Numbered from the stretch's first letter, positions 10,917 through 20,994 are shown. The stretch is 64,000 nucleotides of DNA from an uncultured Chitinophagaceae bacterium (GCA_964409905.1 CAYPET010000003.1:43613-107612), one strand, 5' to 3'. The notes: generated from the sequence alone by a model not told the origin. Made by a program: numbers and translations.

Positions 10917-12077
10917 TTATGCAATTAGCTCACTTTTATCTGATACCAACTTGAGCAGTTTAGTGTCAAAGTCATGCACATTAATAAAAGCCGGACGCTT
11001 ACCCAACTGAAAACTGCCAAAATCTGCATCAATCCCAAACAATTTTGCACCATTTATGGTGGCGCCTTTTAATAGGCTTTGCAAAGGCACCTCAGGGAAA
11101 TTATCTTGTAATGTTTTAACCTCTGATAGGATATTCAGAGCCGCATTTGAGGCCAAACTATCTGTACCCAGTACTATTTTATCAGAAAAATCCTCCAGAA
11201 ATAGTCCAATTTGAGGAACAACATTTTCTATATAAAGGTTTGCATTCGGACAAAAACAAAACCATGTATGCTCATCGGTTAGCTGAAGATCTTTTGGAGA
11301 GGTAAATGTATTGTGAACGAATAATTTTTTCACCCTTGAATCAAGTAACCGAGTACTATGCTCAAAACTTGATCGGGGAGTTTTATCATTAATTATCTCG
11401 CTTTTATCAACACCAAAATATTGATAAAAGGAATCAAATTTGCTTTCCCGAAGTTGGAAAAATTGATTTTCAGCATCACTTTCTTGATTATGAATGGTGA
11501 TAAAGTTGGAGTGTTCACAAACCAGCGTATACAAACTTTTATGGCATGTATAAGGCGTATGTAAGCTCAGTGAGGTATTAAGATTTGCATCAACAAATTG
11601 TTTATACACTTCATAATATTGCTCAAATCGAACTGGTACATCTGCTTCGCGCATAGCAATACACTCTACAAAACTGTGATAATATATTGCACTGCTTTTC
11701 TTTGTAGCCAAGGTATTCGTCGTATTGCAAATGTCTCCAACTGCAATGATGCCGTTAGCCTGCATCTCTTGGTTAGCAGCATCAATAGTTTTTATTATTC
11801 TGCTTAGGTTGGGCTGATGATCAAACTGTTCACGAACAAGTTTTAAGAATGTTGCGATGCCTGTTTTCTCGGGAATTGTATTTTTTAGATAGCTAAGCTC
11901 CAAATGACAGTGCGCATTTACCATGCCAGGCATAAGCAACCCTGTGTAATGTTCAACTTTATCTTCTGGCTTTGTGTTTTGAAGACTCAAAATGCGCGCC
12001 TGACTATCTATTTCTATATAATAAGATGAATGAAATCCAAAGCCATCAAAAACAATATCCGCAGTTATCCAAGCCAT
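10917..12077 (-). CDS. Metal-dependent amidohydrolase-family protein (chlorohydrolase/deaminase-like)
   Basis: HxH metal motif (VNAHCHLELS). Length and layout are typical of amidohydrolase_1. ATG at 12077. Confidence 0.7.
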   Translation of the reverse strand: MAWITADIVFDGFGFHSSYYIEIDSQARILSLQNTKPEDKVEHYTGLLMPGMVNAHCHLELSYLKNTIPEKTGIATFLKLVREQFDHQPNLSRIIKTIDAANQEMQANGIIAVGDICNTTNTLATKKSSAIYYHSFVECIAMREADVPVRFEQYYEVYKQFVDANLNTSLSLHTPYTCHKSLYTLVCEHSNFITIHNQESDAENQFFQLRESKFDSFYQYFGVDKSEIINDKTPRSSFEHSTRLLDSRVKKLFVHNTFTSPKDLQLTDEHTWFCFCPNANLYIENVVPQIGLFLEDFSDKIVLGTDSLASNAALNILSEVKTLQDNFPEVPLQSLLKGATINGAKLFGIDADFGSFQLGKRPAFINVHDFDTKLLKLVSDKSELIA

Positions 12078-12118
12078 AATAAGAAAATGGTTATTTTCGC
12101 AATTCAAAACTACGATAG

Positions 12119-12370
12119 ATGTTATTCAAAGCCTCGATACAAGTCATGCCAATTAAAGGATTATTGGACCCACAAGGTAAAGCAGTGAATGCCAGCCTCC
12201 ATAACATCGGCATGGTTGATATACACAATGTGAGAATAGGCAAAGAAATAACGCTTGAGGTTGAAGCCGAAAATGAAGAAGCCGCCGGAAAAATAGTAGA
12301 CGATGCATGCAACAAACTACTGCACAATCCGGTAATGGAAGAATATACATTTACGGTAGTACCCGCTTAA
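12119..12370 (+). CDS. purS: Phosphoribosylformylglycinamidine synthase subunit PurS
   Basis: 83 aa with a typical PurS sequence (VMPIKGLLDPQGKAV...NPVMEEY). Confidence 0.9.
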   Translation: MLFKASIQVMPIKGLLDPQGKAVNASLHNIGMVDIHNVRIGKEITLEVEAENEEAAGKIVDDACNKLLHNPVMEEYTFTVVPA

Positions 12371-13245
12371 TTTCTGCGGTCTATCCCCCAATACATTTTG
12401 TTTCGCAGGGTCTGCAAGAAATTCTGTCCTTCCAGTCTAATTAAGTTAATCCCGAATTTTTCTTTTCTTACTGCCAGCGAAACATCGGTGCTGATTGGAG
12501 CAGAACGCGCATCCAATGTGCATAAAAACTGTTTTGCCCTACCTTCTATTTCAAATGAAATAACCTGATCATCCGGTACGACCACGGGCCTTATATTCAA
12601 ATTGTGCGGTGCCACCGGGGTTATAACAAAATTATTAGCCTGCGGAAATATAATTGGCCCACCGCAGCTAAGTGAATAACCTGTAGAGCCTGTCGGAGTA
12701 GAAACGATAATCCCATCAGCCCAATAGGTGGCCAAAAATTCACCGTTTATGTAAGCATGAATTATAATCATGCTGGAGCTATCTTTCCGATGGAGCGTAA
12801 ACTCGTTTAAAGCGAAAGGTGAGTCTGGGAATAAAGGCTCACTGGAATCTAAATGTATTAAACTCCTTCTGTCAATAATATAATTATTAGCCTGTAATTG
12901 CTCAATGGCTGACTGCACTTCATCAACGCCGGTGCCAGCCAGAAAACCCAACCGACCCAGGTTAATGCCCAATATCGGAATATTACTGCTACCAACATAG
13001 GTAACCGCATCCAAAATAGTACCGTCGCCACCCAAACTTAGCAAGCATCGTACATCCTTAGGCAAATGAGACTGCTCCGAGAAAGTGCGAAATTGAGCTG
13101 GCAACAAATCATATTTTTTAAGGTTGCTCACCATCCCTTCAAAAATTAGCAATTCACATTTGTAAACTTTAAGCGTCTTAAAAAGCTGCTGGATAATTAA
13201 CTTTTCCCTTTCGCCAAATCGGCGATTGTAAATGGCTATCAACAT
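12367..13245 (-). CDS. nadK: NAD kinase
   Basis: GGDGT motif (SLGGDGTILDA) and STPTGSTGYSLS motif; 292 aa. Confidence 0.92.
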   Translation of the reverse strand: MLIAIYNRRFGEREKLIIQQLFKTLKVYKCELLIFEGMVSNLKKYDLLPAQFRTFSEQSHLPKDVRCLLSLGGDGTILDAVTYVGSSNIPILGINLGRLGFLAGTGVDEVQSAIEQLQANNYIIDRRSLIHLDSSEPLFPDSPFALNEFTLHRKDSSSMIIIHAYINGEFLATYWADGIIVSTPTGSTGYSLSCGGPIIFPQANNFVITPVAPHNLNIRPVVVPDDQVISFEIEGRAKQFLCTLDARSAPISTDVSLAVRKEKFGINLIRLEGQNFLQTLRNKMYWGIDRRN

Positions 13246-13251
13246 ACCGTC

Positions 13252-14646
13252 TTATTCATTGCGCAGATGTAAAAATAGTCCTTTTTCAGATAAGCTATTA
13301 AAGCTATACTCAAGTCGTACCTTAAAATAATAGGAGAATATTACATCTATGCCTAGGCCATATCCATTTATTATTTTATTATTTAAAAAGCTATTGCCCA
13401 TGTTGTTTGAATACACATATCCAACATCGCCAAAGACCTTCGAATAAAAATCTATGGGTACATATCGCAGTAACGGCACAACATTTTGGCGCAAAGTATA
13501 ACTAAATACTTTTTGCCGAACATCTGTACGAGCTAGTCCATAATGACTACCATCAATAATATAGTACTCAAAGCCGCGCACATAATCATTCTTATACCCC
13601 ATTCCACGATAGTTAAAATACGGCTGATTATCCGGACCAAATAAGCGCCCTCTGAAATGCATTGCAACCGATAGCCCTGGTAATATTGGTTGAAAACGTG
13701 CAAAATGGAAATACAGTTGCGATTGTTGAAAACCTTTTGTTAGACCAAAGCCTTTATGTTCAGCTATGGCATCTATCTCCCAACCACGCAGAGGATAATT
13801 TCGATCATTCGTATTATTAAACCTAAATCGGTATTGAATTTCGGGAATGTTCATACTTCGACCACCCATCAAAAATTTGGGCTGTTCATTAAACATTGCT
13901 TCGGTAATGGAATAATGCATAAAGCTAAATTTCAATTCATGTATTGATGCGTATCGCGGCCTATACATAAACGAAAGTTCAGCACGCAGGCTGCGATAGG
14001 GATTAGTGTTTTCGTCACGAAAAAAAACTTGTTTGTTACTATCTGTTTGTACCTGAATTTCTTTACCAGTATGATATTGAATGCTTGCACTCATACCATG
14101 TTTTAATGATTTGTCAATGAAAGGATTGGTGTAATATAAATAAATATGCTTCTTAAATCCTGCCTGAAACTGTATGCCGAGTTGCTCGTTCCGACCACGA
14201 AAATTGATTCGATTAATATCTGCACCAATATTCAGCCGGTTTAATTTATGGTCGTAATCGTCCCACCAAACATTAAAATTTCGATCAGCCAATGAAACGA
14301 AAGGATGTACCCGCCAGTAGAATAATTCTTTTACTGTGTATATAAAATTGACATTGGAATCCGAAAGCATTTCTGCACGTGCATGAACCTCGACGAATAA
14401 TTTACTATTCAATATGCGTTCCTTATTATATTCCAACAACTGATAAAGAGCATGTTTAGGCACGCTATCTCCGGGACGAATACTCATTTCACGAAGAATG
14501 ACAAAATCTTTGGTTATTTTATTCCCCTTAAATGTAATCTGAGAAATCCGTACGAAACCAGAGTCTGTATTGGCGGCAACTTTGGCTTCAACAGTCAAAA
14601 CACCAAGTAATATTATCAAATACAAGCAAATAAGAATACGCAACAT
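13252..14646 (-). CDS. Omp85-superfamily outer-membrane protein with a single POTRA domain
   Basis: Signal peptide, one POTRA-like segment (ITFKGNKITKDFVILREMSIRPGD), the loop-6 VRGF motif, and a beta-barrel-like C-terminus. Its ATG overlaps the upstream stop as TGATG. Confidence 0.7.
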   Translation of the reverse strand: MLRILICLYLIILLGVLTVEAKVAANTDSGFVRISQITFKGNKITKDFVILREMSIRPGDSVPKHALYQLLEYNKERILNSKLFVEVHARAEMLSDSNVNFIYTVKELFYWRVHPFVSLADRNFNVWWDDYDHKLNRLNIGADINRINFRGRNEQLGIQFQAGFKKHIYLYYTNPFIDKSLKHGMSASIQYHTGKEIQVQTDSNKQVFFRDENTNPYRSLRAELSFMYRPRYASIHELKFSFMHYSITEAMFNEQPKFLMGGRSMNIPEIQYRFRFNNTNDRNYPLRGWEIDAIAEHKGFGLTKGFQQSQLYFHFARFQPILPGLSVAMHFRGRLFGPDNQPYFNYRGMGYKNDYVRGFEYYIIDGSHYGLARTDVRQKVFSYTLRQNVVPLLRYVPIDFYSKVFGDVGYVYSNNMGNSFLNNKIINGYGLGIDVIFSYYFKVRLEYSFNSLSEKGLFLHLRNE

Positions 14647-15449
14647 CACTTCTGCTGTAATAAGTAAATTTCTAACCTATCGTTACGCAATATATAGACC
14701 TGATTTTTTTCAAGCCGTGCGTTAATAACTGTATTTGGCTCAGGCAGCCGGATTTCAGATGAACGAAACGTCTGTATATTATATGAATTCAAGCTGCCAT
14801 TGGTATAATAGACAAGATAATTATTGATGACTTCGACTTCCTTGGCATTAAATCGATAAATCGTTTTATAAAATCCAAAACGATCAAACTGTAAAATTCC
14901 TTCTGTACTGTCAGTCATATACAGTACACGATCTTTTTCAATCAGATGACAAGCACTTACAGGAAAATCAATCATATTTCTTAACAAGTAAGCATGTTTT
15001 ATCTCTAGGCGTTCATCAATTTTAACTAATTCACCCACCGGATCAAAAATCCAAATGTTTCCGTCCATACTATTCGCAATGGCCGGAATGTTAAATAAGC
15101 CAATACGTTTTAAATCCAACTGATTTTTTTTTGACATCATGTTATCCAAAATCTTAATTTGGCTAAACCCTGAATAAAAAACCAATATCCTCAACGGATT
15201 GGTGGCGTCTATCATAGTCACTTTACCTGAAGCAATGTCATTAAAAACACCTAAACTGTCACCGGTTGGGCTGTATTTGACGATAAAATTATTGTCTTTT
15301 ACTAAGTAGATATTGCCAATTGGGTCAGTAGTGAAATAGCCATCTCGAACGGGAATTGTTTTTATCAACCTAAGTTGATACGGTTCTCCCATGACTTTTG
15401 AGGTAGTCAAAATAAAACAGCCAAGAAATAGGATGATTCTGATTGGCAT
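14646..15449 (-). CDS. Exported protein of unknown function (repeat-rich, beta-propeller-like composition)
   Basis: Signal peptide from the ATG at 15449 (MPIRIILFLGCFILTTSKVMG). No family recognised. Confidence 0.55.
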   Translation of the reverse strand: MPIRIILFLGCFILTTSKVMGEPYQLRLIKTIPVRDGYFTTDPIGNIYLVKDNNFIVKYSPTGDSLGVFNDIASGKVTMIDATNPLRILVFYSGFSQIKILDNMMSKKNQLDLKRIGLFNIPAIANSMDGNIWIFDPVGELVKIDERLEIKHAYLLRNMIDFPVSACHLIEKDRVLYMTDSTEGILQFDRFGFYKTIYRFNAKEVEVINNYLVYYTNGSLNSYNIQTFRSSEIRLPEPNTVINARLEKNQVYILRNDRLEIYLLQQK

Positions 15450-15506
15450 ATCGTGATATGTAAAGATAAACAATCGTTACAGCCTTAGCCGCAATTGTTA
15501 TCTAAA

Positions 15507-16508
15507 CTAATGCAATGTAGAGTATCTGCCTGGCCGTATTAAGCGCCAATCTTCTCCGCCAGATTCGCTTACATATAACCCTACATCAGTTGCGCAGAAC
15601 AAATAGTACCGCTCCACACCAGTGCGGAAAATGAGTTTTTTCCCTTCTACATATTGCACCTTAGCATACCAGGGAATTCCTTTACCGCTTGGTACAAAAC
15701 CTGTTCCATCTAGCTTGAAAAGGCCCATACTATCACGGCCCAAAAACAAATCACTTGAACCTTTCGGATTATTTACAAAAAGAATAGGACGACCATTGCC
15801 TGATACAGCTCCATATTTTGTCCAATCGGCTCCGCCGTTTGTACTATAATATGAACCGTTAACCCCTTCAAAATCGGTGGCTACAAGCGTATTACCAAAA
15901 CCTGTAAGGTAATAGTCAGTACCGGCAGCCAAGGTAGCAGAGCCTGGCGGCACCTGGGTCCATGGACCTGTACCTGCCGCACTTCTGTAAATAGTAGCAT
16001 CATCTTGAATGACGAATATATCGCCATTGGTTAACTGTGCTACTGAAGTGGGTATAATACCCACACCAGCATTGGAAAATGTTTTACCTAAATCAGCACT
16101 TTCTGCAAGGCCAAATGTGGTACAAAGAAATACCTTACGTGTTGGGGCATGGTAAATCATTTGGTGAGGCAGATAATATTTATAGAAAAAGTCATAGTAA
16201 GGAAGTGCATTGGCATTACAAATATTAAATGCACGCCCCTCGTCTTGACTGAAGTAACAATTACCTTTTAGATAAAGAATATTGGTGTCTGCAGTGATTA
16301 TTTGACGAACAGCAATATCGTCAATAGGGAATAATTTTTTAAAATAACTCGTATCATTTGCCACATGTAAAGAACCATCTAAACCTCCAGAATAAAGCAC
16401 ATATGGAGTTTGAACCACCCCGGCATTATTTATTTGATTGTATTTTTCACAAGAAGTGAGTATTAACATTACAGAACATATCAATACTACATATTGTTTT
16501 GGCGTCAT
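15507..16508 (-). CDS. BNR/Asp-box repeat lipoprotein (Ycf48/sialidase-like beta-propeller)
   Basis: Lipobox (LILTSC) and Asp-box-like motifs SQDEGRAF, SADLGKTF, STNGGADW, SESGGEDW. Confidence 0.6.
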   Translation of the reverse strand: MTPKQYVVLICSVMLILTSCEKYNQINNAGVVQTPYVLYSGGLDGSLHVANDTSYFKKLFPIDDIAVRQIITADTNILYLKGNCYFSQDEGRAFNICNANALPYYDFFYKYYLPHQMIYHAPTRKVFLCTTFGLAESADLGKTFSNAGVGIIPTSVAQLTNGDIFVIQDDATIYRSAAGTGPWTQVPPGSATLAAGTDYYLTGFGNTLVATDFEGVNGSYYSTNGGADWTKYGAVSGNGRPILFVNNPKGSSDLFLGRDSMGLFKLDGTGFVPSGKGIPWYAKVQYVEGKKLIFRTGVERYYLFCATDVGLYVSESGGEDWRLIRPGRYSTLH

Positions 16509-16637
16509 ATACTATTTATATCGAGTGAATAAGGAGTGAAAATAATACATATTTAGCACACTTACTCACTTTTTGAGGAGGTAAAATAGTTTTATCCTGA
16601 TATTAAATGCAAATTTGTAGAATATCCTAATTTCAAT

Positions 16638-18044
16638 ATGAAGATTTCATTTCACGGCGCCGCGCGCACTGTAACCGGTTCTAAACATATTATCCATTTA
16701 AATAATGGTAAGAATATTTTGTTAGACTGTGGTCTTTTCCAGGGATTACGTGAAAAAACTAGAGAATATAATAGCACTTTGGGCTTCGATGCTACCGAAA
16801 TAGATTATGTTCTGCTCTCACATGCTCATATCGACCATACAGGCCTTTTGCCCAAACTGGTAAAAGAAGGTTTTAAGGGAAATATTTGGTGTACCGAAGC
16901 TACTGCGAACCTGGCTAAAATATTATTGGCCGACTCTGCATACATCCAGCAGGCTGATGTCAGTTTCGTAAATAAAATCCGCGCGAAACAAGGTTTACAA
17001 TATATAGCACCACTGTATACAATTGCAGATGCTGAAAGTGTATATCCACTTTTTAAGACATTGGAATACGGAAAACGTGTAAGAATTGATGAAGATGTTG
17101 AGGTGATTTACACCGATGCCGGACATATTTTAGGCAGCGCATCAATACATATTATCCTAAATGAAAACGGCAAAGAAGTGCGACTAACCTTTAGTGGTGA
17201 TGTAGGGCGTTATCGTGATATCATTCTAAAATCGCCGAGCATATTCCCGCAATCGGATTATATTATTCTCGAGAGTACTTATGGCAATTCCTTACACGAA
17301 AATTTTCGGCCGGCAAATGAAGAACTTCTCAGCTACATCGAAGAAGTGTGCGTTAAAAACAGAGGCAAGCTCATTATTCCGGCATTCAGTGTAGGCAGAA
17401 CACAAGAAATACTTTACGATTTGAATATGCTTGAGCTTGAAAACCGATTGCCAGCTTTGCCATATTATGTTGACAGTCCATTGTCCAATAAAGCCACAGA
17501 AGTTGTGCGATCGCACCCTGAATGTTACAATAAGCACGTACAAGAAATTCTCAAGCGCGATGATGATCCTTTTGGTTTTAAAGGTTTAAAATTCATTACC
17601 AAAGCCGAAGACTCCAAAGCACTGAATAGTCGTCATGAACCGATGGTTATAATTTCTGCAAGTGGCATGGCCGAGGCAGGGCGGGTAAAGCATCACATTG
17701 CCAACAGCATTGGCGATGAGCGTAACATGATTTTATTGGTAGGATATTGTGAGCCAAATTCGCTCGGCGCAAAGCTAATGAAGGGTGATAAGCATGTTCG
17801 AATTTTTAGAGAGGAATACGAGGTAAAGGCACAAGTGGCCAGCATCCGCTCAATGAGTGCGCATGGCGATTATGACGATCTCTGTCAGTATTTGGCTTGC
17901 CAAAACCCTCAACTGGTTGACAAACTTTTTCTTGTTCATGGTGAATATGATGTGCAACAAGAATTTAAAAACCGCTTATTGAAAAAGGGGTTTCGAGATG
18001 TTATTATTCCTGATATGCATGAAACGATTGGCCTAGGTATTTAG
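16638..18044 (+). CDS. MBL-fold beta-CASP metallo-hydrolase (RNA-metabolising type)
   Basis: HxHxDH motif (SHAHIDHTG), a beta-CASP region and the C-terminal SAHGD motif; 468 aa. Confidence 0.85.
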   Translation: MKISFHGAARTVTGSKHIIHLNNGKNILLDCGLFQGLREKTREYNSTLGFDATEIDYVLLSHAHIDHTGLLPKLVKEGFKGNIWCTEATANLAKILLADSAYIQQADVSFVNKIRAKQGLQYIAPLYTIADAESVYPLFKTLEYGKRVRIDEDVEVIYTDAGHILGSASIHIILNENGKEVRLTFSGDVGRYRDIILKSPSIFPQSDYIILESTYGNSLHENFRPANEELLSYIEEVCVKNRGKLIIPAFSVGRTQEILYDLNMLELENRLPALPYYVDSPLSNKATEVVRSHPECYNKHVQEILKRDDDPFGFKGLKFITKAEDSKALNSRHEPMVIISASGMAEAGRVKHHIANSIGDERNMILLVGYCEPNSLGAKLMKGDKHVRIFREEYEVKAQVASIRSMSAHGDYDDLCQYLACQNPQLVDKLFLVHGEYDVQQEFKNRLLKKGFRDVIIPDMHETIGLGI

Positions 18045-19215
18045 TCAACAGTTGGATGCTTTTAAAATAGAGTAATATTCCTAAAAATAATGCTGTAAGC
18101 TTGGCATATTGCAAATTACAATTGTAAGCAATGGGTGTAATCGTAGTTTCATAATGCTCATTCAGCCAATAGGAAGTCAAGACTACCAGGAAACCAGAGA
18201 AAATCATTAGAACTATATTTTTAAGATTTATTGATGTTGCATTTTTCCAATAATGGTTAAAAAAATCGACAATCAAATTTCCGGCCCTTGGCCAAAATAA
18301 TAATAGCGGCAAGGCAAAAAGTCTACTTTCTCTTGCCTCGGTAAATAATACGACCACCAAACTATTTATGAGTATCAAAAAAAGAAAATAGCGTTTCCAG
18401 TTTTGCTTTAGGCCATTTTGAAAAGTAAAAAAGATAGGTACTATCAAAACCAACAAAAAAGAAAGAATCGTTTCTGTTCTAAATAAAAGAGTTGCCAAAT
18501 TTTGTTTCCATAGCGTAAACCGAAAAGATTGTTCGGCATGCAAGCTATCAATACCTGTCCTGAAATAAACCAACTGAAATAGAATGAAAAAAGTGGTAAC
18601 CATAAGGCTCGACCAAAAGAGAACTTTATGCTTATTGCTAGCCGCAATGTAAAAAATAGCAGGCAGAAAAAGCAGTGAGGTTTCTCTCGCGAAAATAGCT
18701 AACAAAAATGTCAATGCAAATACATAAAAATTATTTTTCAATAAAAGCAAATAGCTCAGTAATAAGAATAGGTATTGCAATGGTTCGTCATAAGTATAAT
18801 TCGTGACAAAAAATGCAAAAAGTATAGAGTAGGAAACATAAAATACAATTACCGAAATCAACGATTCGCCTATCCGATATCCCAACTGCCGGGCCAAAAA
18901 AAATAAAACAAAACCACATAGCCACAAGGCCAACCCATTAATCATCAAAAATGCCGCTCCGAGCTCAATCGAAAAAGTCGCCGCCAACCATTTTACAACT
19001 TTTGTTGTTAGCATTCTGCGTTTGAAGGTTGAGTGCGTATTGTGATAGTCAACAAACTCCTCTGCATAAGCATAGTTTATGCCTATTTGTTGCGGTTCTT
19101 TGCTATAAGCATTGTAACTGCTTAGCATATTTCCCTTATCGATACCAAAATGAGTATACCCTAGGAGTAAAACCCCAAAAGTGCTGATAATTAATGCAAG
19201 TAATATAGTCTTCAT
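18004..19215 (-). CDS. Polytopic membrane protein of unknown function (possibly GT-C-like)
   Basis: About 11 hydrophobic segments with a YDEP loop motif. Its 3' end overlaps the convergent MBL gene by 41 nt. Confidence 0.55.
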   Translation of the reverse strand: MKTILLALIISTFGVLLLGYTHFGIDKGNMLSSYNAYSKEPQQIGINYAYAEEFVDYHNTHSTFKRRMLTTKVVKWLAATFSIELGAAFLMINGLALWLCGFVLFFLARQLGYRIGESLISVIVFYVSYSILFAFFVTNYTYDEPLQYLFLLLSYLLLLKNNFYVFALTFLLAIFARETSLLFLPAIFYIAASNKHKVLFWSSLMVTTFFILFQLVYFRTGIDSLHAEQSFRFTLWKQNLATLLFRTETILSFLLVLIVPIFFTFQNGLKQNWKRYFLFLILINSLVVVLFTEARESRLFALPLLLFWPRAGNLIVDFFNHYWKNATSINLKNIVLMIFSGFLVVLTSYWLNEHYETTITPIAYNCNLQYAKLTALFLGILLYFKSIQLLTKYLGQSFHAYQE

Positions 19216-19482
19216 GAATGCATAGGTTGCACAATGCCGTTGACAAAGCTAAGCTTTGAGATATAATAAATGTTGAACACTAATTCTTGAGGTTATAAAA
19301 AAGAAATTACTTTAAATAATAACCGATTATACTACCGATAAATTCCTCACCAAACATTGGTATTCAGCAACTTATCATCCCTTCAGTGATTGGCAAAAAA
19401 GGATTTCTTGTAATATTTCCGGATAAATTTTCCCCATGACTCTTTATGAAATTTTAAAAATGGCACGCAATTTGTCTTAGAG

Positions 19483-19878
19483 TTGGAAATTGAAAGTATT
19501 TTAATGAAAGTCAAAAATTCTGTAGTTGTATTAGGCGCTTCCCCAAACCCGAATAGAACAAGTTATTTGGCAGCAAAATTATTAGCCCAGAAGGGATACA
19601 ACGTAAAAGCATTTGGCAAACACGCCGGAAGTATTGATACGATTGCTATTTCTGATACTATCCCTATGAGTTTTAATCAAAATATAGACGTTATCAGTAT
19701 TTTTCTTAAGCCACATCAGCAAAAAGATTATTATACATACATACTAAATAGCAAGCCTAAAAGCATCATATTCAACCCAGGGTCCGAAAATCCCGAACTT
19801 GAAGCATTGGCAAAAATACACAGTATTAAAATCGTAAGTTGCTGTACCATTGCGCTTTCAGCGGTTGGCATGCTCTAG
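19483..19878 (+). CDS. CoA-binding domain protein (YccU-like)
   Basis: KNSVVVLGASPNPNRTSY...GYNV pattern. Start is the TTG at 19483 or the ATG at 19504. Confidence 0.75.
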   Translation: MEIESILMKVKNSVVVLGASPNPNRTSYLAAKLLAQKGYNVKAFGKHAGSIDTIAISDTIPMSFNQNIDVISIFLKPHQQKDYYTYILNSKPKSIIFNPGSENPELEALAKIHSIKIVSCCTIALSAVGML

Positions 19879-19944
19879 TTTTACACAGTTGTTTTTAAGT
19901 TTTGATTTCGCCTAAAGTATTTTTTAAGTACTTTAGGGTCAGCA

Positions 19945-20421
19945 GTGAAAAGTTGGCGACATTTTAATGGTGAAGTTATCCATCATGACATTTATGATGC
20001 CGTGGAAAAAGCCATCATCAAAGAAAAAGCAGACGGTCATAAATTGAAAGTTTGTATCGGCACAGACTCGCAACGAAAAGGCGAAGAAACAGAGTACGCC
20101 ACAGTTATCGTTTTTTTACGTGAAGGACGTGGTGGATTTATGTTTATTCATAACGAAAAAGACAATCGCCAAATATCAATAAAAGAACGTATGCTATTAG
20201 AGGTAGCCAAAAGTATAGAAATTGCCTACCAACTATGTACTTTATTTAACCAATACGACGTGGACATGGAGGTACACGCCGATATCAATACCAATCCGCA
20301 ATTCAAAAGCAATGCGGCACTAAGCGAGGCTACGGGTTACATACTCGGTATGGGCTTTGCTTTCAAGGCAAAACCAGAAGCTTTTGCAAGTAGTAGCTGT
20401 GCCAATAAAATAGTAAATTAA
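19945..20421 (+). CDS. YkuK/DUF458-family RNase H-like protein
   Basis: The KVCIGTDSQ...YATVIVF...MEVHADIN pattern is typical of DUF458. GTG start. Confidence 0.65.
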   Translation: MKSWRHFNGEVIHHDIYDAVEKAIIKEKADGHKLKVCIGTDSQRKGEETEYATVIVFLREGRGGFMFIHNEKDNRQISIKERMLLEVAKSIEIAYQLCTLFNQYDVDMEVHADINTNPQFKSNAALSEATGYILGMGFAFKAKPEAFASSSCANKIVN

Positions 20422-20427
20422 TAACCC

Positions 20428-20604
20428 ATGAAAAATAAATTTATTCTTTGTAGCATACTTATCACCCTTATTATCTGCACTAGCTGCAACACTTACCATT
20501 GGCAACGCAAAAGATATTATAACCCAGAGAGCAAAAAAAACTGGAACAATTACCATCACAAAAAAGCAAAGGATGCTCAAAAAGGCTCTTCAGAAGATAA
20601 ATAG
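20428..20604 (+). CDS. Small lipoprotein, 58 aa, absent from the supplied ORF track (below its size cut-off)
   Basis: ATG 7 nt after the ykuK-like stop. Lipobox MKNKFILCSILITLIICTSC, then a basic tail (NTYHWQRKRYYNPESKKNW...). Shares the SCNTY motif with the next gene. Confidence 0.5.
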   Translation: MKNKFILCSILITLIICTSCNTYHWQRKRYYNPESKKNWNNYHHKKAKDAQKGSSEDK

Positions 20605-20703
20605 ATTCAAACAAGTGATAGCCATGTTACAGCAGTGTAGCATGCCAAAAGAGAAATAAATACATTATTTTTTATTATATTCATCACTAGATTTTTAGTT
20701 GTT

Positions 20704-20994
20704 ATGAAAAAGAGTATTGTTCTTCTTGTATGGTTTACCGCCATACTGCTTACCGGCAGTTCGTGTAATACCTATTATAGTTTGCGCACCGCAAAAAATG
20801 TGCAACAATTGTCTTGCAACTCTTTCAACCAAAAAGTTGAACGATCACTTATCAGAAGTATCTCAACAGAAGTAATTAATAAAGGCTTAACCTCATATCA
20901 AGGAACGCCATTGTTAAATTCAACCTTGGGTTCAATGTTCAATACGCCTCAGAGTGAATCAGCCTTTAAAAAGCTGTTGACAAAAAAGTATTGA
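20704..20994 (+). CDS. Small lipoprotein of unknown function (possibly truncated by an in-frame TGA)
   Basis: Lipobox LLTGSSC followed by NTY. Forty further sense codons continue in frame after the TGA. Confidence 0.55.
   Translation: MKKSIVLLVWFTAILLTGSSCNTYYSLRTAKNVQQLSCNSFNQKVERSLIRSISTEVINKGLTSYQGTPLLNSTLGSMFNTPQSESAFKKLLTKKY

Noticed and set aside
18004-18044. 41-nt convergent 3' overlap between the MBL beta-CASP gene and the polytopic membrane-protein gene.
   Set aside because: The overlap is real in the sequence. I see no structure or motif suggesting a function, and tail-to-tail overlaps of this size occur by chance extension of reading frames.
20320-20580. 86-aa minus-strand ORF listed in the track.
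   Set aside because: It overlaps the 3' end of the ykuK-like gene by about 100 nt. Its hydrophobic appearance is the complement of the Lys-rich plus-strand small lipoprotein ORF, which has a much better start and lipobox.
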